Assembly (NCBI GenBank): GCA_964234715.1 | Contig: OZ174278.1 | Reading direction: 5' to 3' (one strand) | DNA: 64,000 bases | Origin: Podarcis melisellensis | Taxonomy: Eukaryota | Shown: one piece after another, positions 61,851 to 64,000 of the stretch | How the letters are laid out: every line of letters begins with the position of its first letter | Numbering within the stretch: the stretch's first letter is position 1 | Program-made: the position numbers and the translations under genes | The notes under the pieces: generated by a model | Database searches by the model: none | The model's input: the letters and a program-made list of their open reading frames with translations, nothing else | Told to the model about the DNA's origin: nothing

Positions 61851-64000
61851 TATTTCAATTATTTATGGCAATTCATCACAATGTACAGTAATGGTACTTG
61901 TAGACTAGTGAAGTCTCTGTAATAAGAACCCTCTGTAGAGCACTCTGCCTACTGCTTCACTTACATTAGACATTACTGTTAATATTTTATGACTGCTTAC
62001 TGTAATACGACGACATACTACCACATTTTTATATGTATGGCTATGAATTTATGCTTTCATTCTGATGTACACCTGCCAGTAATACAATTCAATAAGCTTC
62101 CAAATTCATATGTTCATAAGCCCAAATGCTGCATAGCAGGCAAGTTCTGTTTACCTTTATATATCAGTTATGCCACATGTTATAAATCCTATCGATCTCA
62201 GATCTCCCAATGAGTACTTTAAGGATAGAGGTACAAGTATGCATGTGCTTGAATACTGCAAGGTATTTAAAGAAACAGAGCTAAAATGTTTATTTTTACT
62301 TTACTTAGTTCAATTCTCTCTCTAAGGAGAGATTGGTTTAAAAACTCCTTTTGACACATGGAAAAGAAATAAAGCAAAATAGATATATATTGGCATTAGC
62401 ATGATATACTGCAAAGGCACTTATATTGAGGTAACATCCAAAGTCCTGGTTTTTGCAACTTATTTGCTGTAAATGCCTCTGAATTATATTCTTTAAAAGC
62501 TCTTGGAAATGTCTATATTCATTTTTGAAGACATCGCTATATAGCTAATTGAAATTTTATCAGCTAACGAAAATACATTGTTAATTACTTTAATTCTGCA
62601 TCCACATGTTCACTATTCTCTCATACTGTATGTATATATGTGTATATACATATATAACCACATTAAACAGTGTTTGCTGTTTATATATTTATTTTAAAAG
62701 ACTGTAAATTACCAGAGTTTTATATAGAATAATCAGTAAATTCACACTGTAAAAATCCATTTCGGTGCATGCAGTTGCCATGGTTAAACACACTGGTACG
62801 ATACAACAAGCAAATCAGTTTATGATCAGCAGACATAAGAATATCAAATGTGAGATTTAACCAAACACAGCCTCTCTCCTATGACAGTGTAATCTGCACA
62901 CTACAATCAGCAGCTGAAAACTTTTGCTAGCCTTGGCAGCCAGCCAAAATTTATGGGAACTACCAACCCTTCCACTGTCCTGGATCAGGAGCTTGGTGAG
63001 TTGTCGTCCACTGCATCAAACTGAGCAATGGAAGCATTCAAACATACTGCTTCCAAATCCCACTGAAACATGAGTGTGTGTGTGTGCTCACCCTTCGCCT
63101 GAGCTTAGAGTAGGTTGAGACCTTCCCTCTGATGTCATGCTGAGCTTCAGAGGCATTTCAAAGCAGCAACAGCCTCAAATAAGGGTTTGGGCTCCACCAT
63201 ACCTCATGCTGAGATTCAGAGGATCTTCATTTCTTCTGAGCCAGCAGAAGAGTGGCAGCTCATTCCTGATGTCATTGTGGCTTTTATAAGAATTCATTTT
63301 TCCAAAAGCCTATGACTCCAGTCTCCAAAAACTGGAGATCAGAGACACCACCTGTTTCTTGCTGGTCTAAAAGACATGTTCATCACTGTTCAGTGCATTG
63401 CGGATCCCCAGAAAATATATTTCTTGTCCACATCTTTTCAGTAAAACATCTTGACTTTCCTTATCTCTACAGAGTAATTCTGAAACCGCCATTGGCTGCC
63501 ACCCCTATTCTAAACACTTTTATATAAATTAAAATCACATTGATTTTAATTTAACTTGCTTTTGAATGCACTGAGGCTCAGGAAATAAGTAAATTAGACA
63601 GCTTTAAAAGGGAAATGCCAGCCTTAATTAGCTTATCTGTGCCAGAAATCATTGTTTTGCGGAACTGAAACATATGATTTTAGCAGTAGTAGCAGAAGAT
63701 GACATTGTACTTATTGAGCATGATATTGAAGAAAAACCTTAGAGCATAGCTTTCAAGGGATCTTCCATGCATACCAGCCCTCCTCGATTCTTTCAAACTA
63801 CTACTTTCAAGCTATGTTTTTTCTGTACCTTTTGGCTTTTGAAACGAGCTCAAATGCTTCTGATATTTTAAGTTAAATTCTGTTTAAAAATGGCCAACTG
63901 TCAAAATTTGGTAAATACTGGGAGCACTATAGGCAGTTAGATTAATCAATTTACATACCTGTGGTTTCTCAAGTTCCCAAGCCTAGTCATGTGTACACTC

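Noticed and set aside
1-64000. The 60-139 aa ORFs in the six-frame track as protein-coding genes
   Set aside because: None resembles a known cellular protein. Many start at non-ATG codons or run through microsatellites or LINE/SINE relics. Their lengths are what non-coding vertebrate DNA yields by chance.

Overview
AT-rich, CpG-poor vertebrate DNA from a squamate. The Sauria-SINE, Squam3-like, BovB, L2 and Penelope repeat content points to a lacertid lizard (inference). I found no recognisable protein-coding gene. The window is the miR-221/miR-222 cluster and about 60 kb of its upstream host-gene and regulatory domain, all on the minus strand. miR-221 lies at ~1570-1633 and miR-222 at ~2356-2418, about 720 nt apart. 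A strong 3' splice site at 2474/2473 puts both hairpins in a terminal exon of a MIR222HG-like host RNA. Two candidate upstream exons end in consensus GTAAGT donors. One is at 19748, behind a TATA/2xCCAAT/M-box promoter near 20.2-20.3 kb, and it also has its own strong internal acceptor at 19924. The other is at 42279, with a GC/ETS/bZIP promoter near 42.8-43.0 kb. AP-1, NF-kB, TEAD, CArG, MiT/TFE E-box and CTCF motifs cluster around these sites. Most notable: (i) a possible spliced 64-aa ORF running straight through pre-miR-222; (ii) a hybrid first/internal exon that would switch that ORF off; (iii) a TSD-flanked Penelope-type insertion carrying a complete minimal type-I hammerhead ribozyme; (iv) a hAT-type MITE carrying a perfect NF-kB site. 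All exon, promoter and ORF models come from motifs only, with no transcript evidence.
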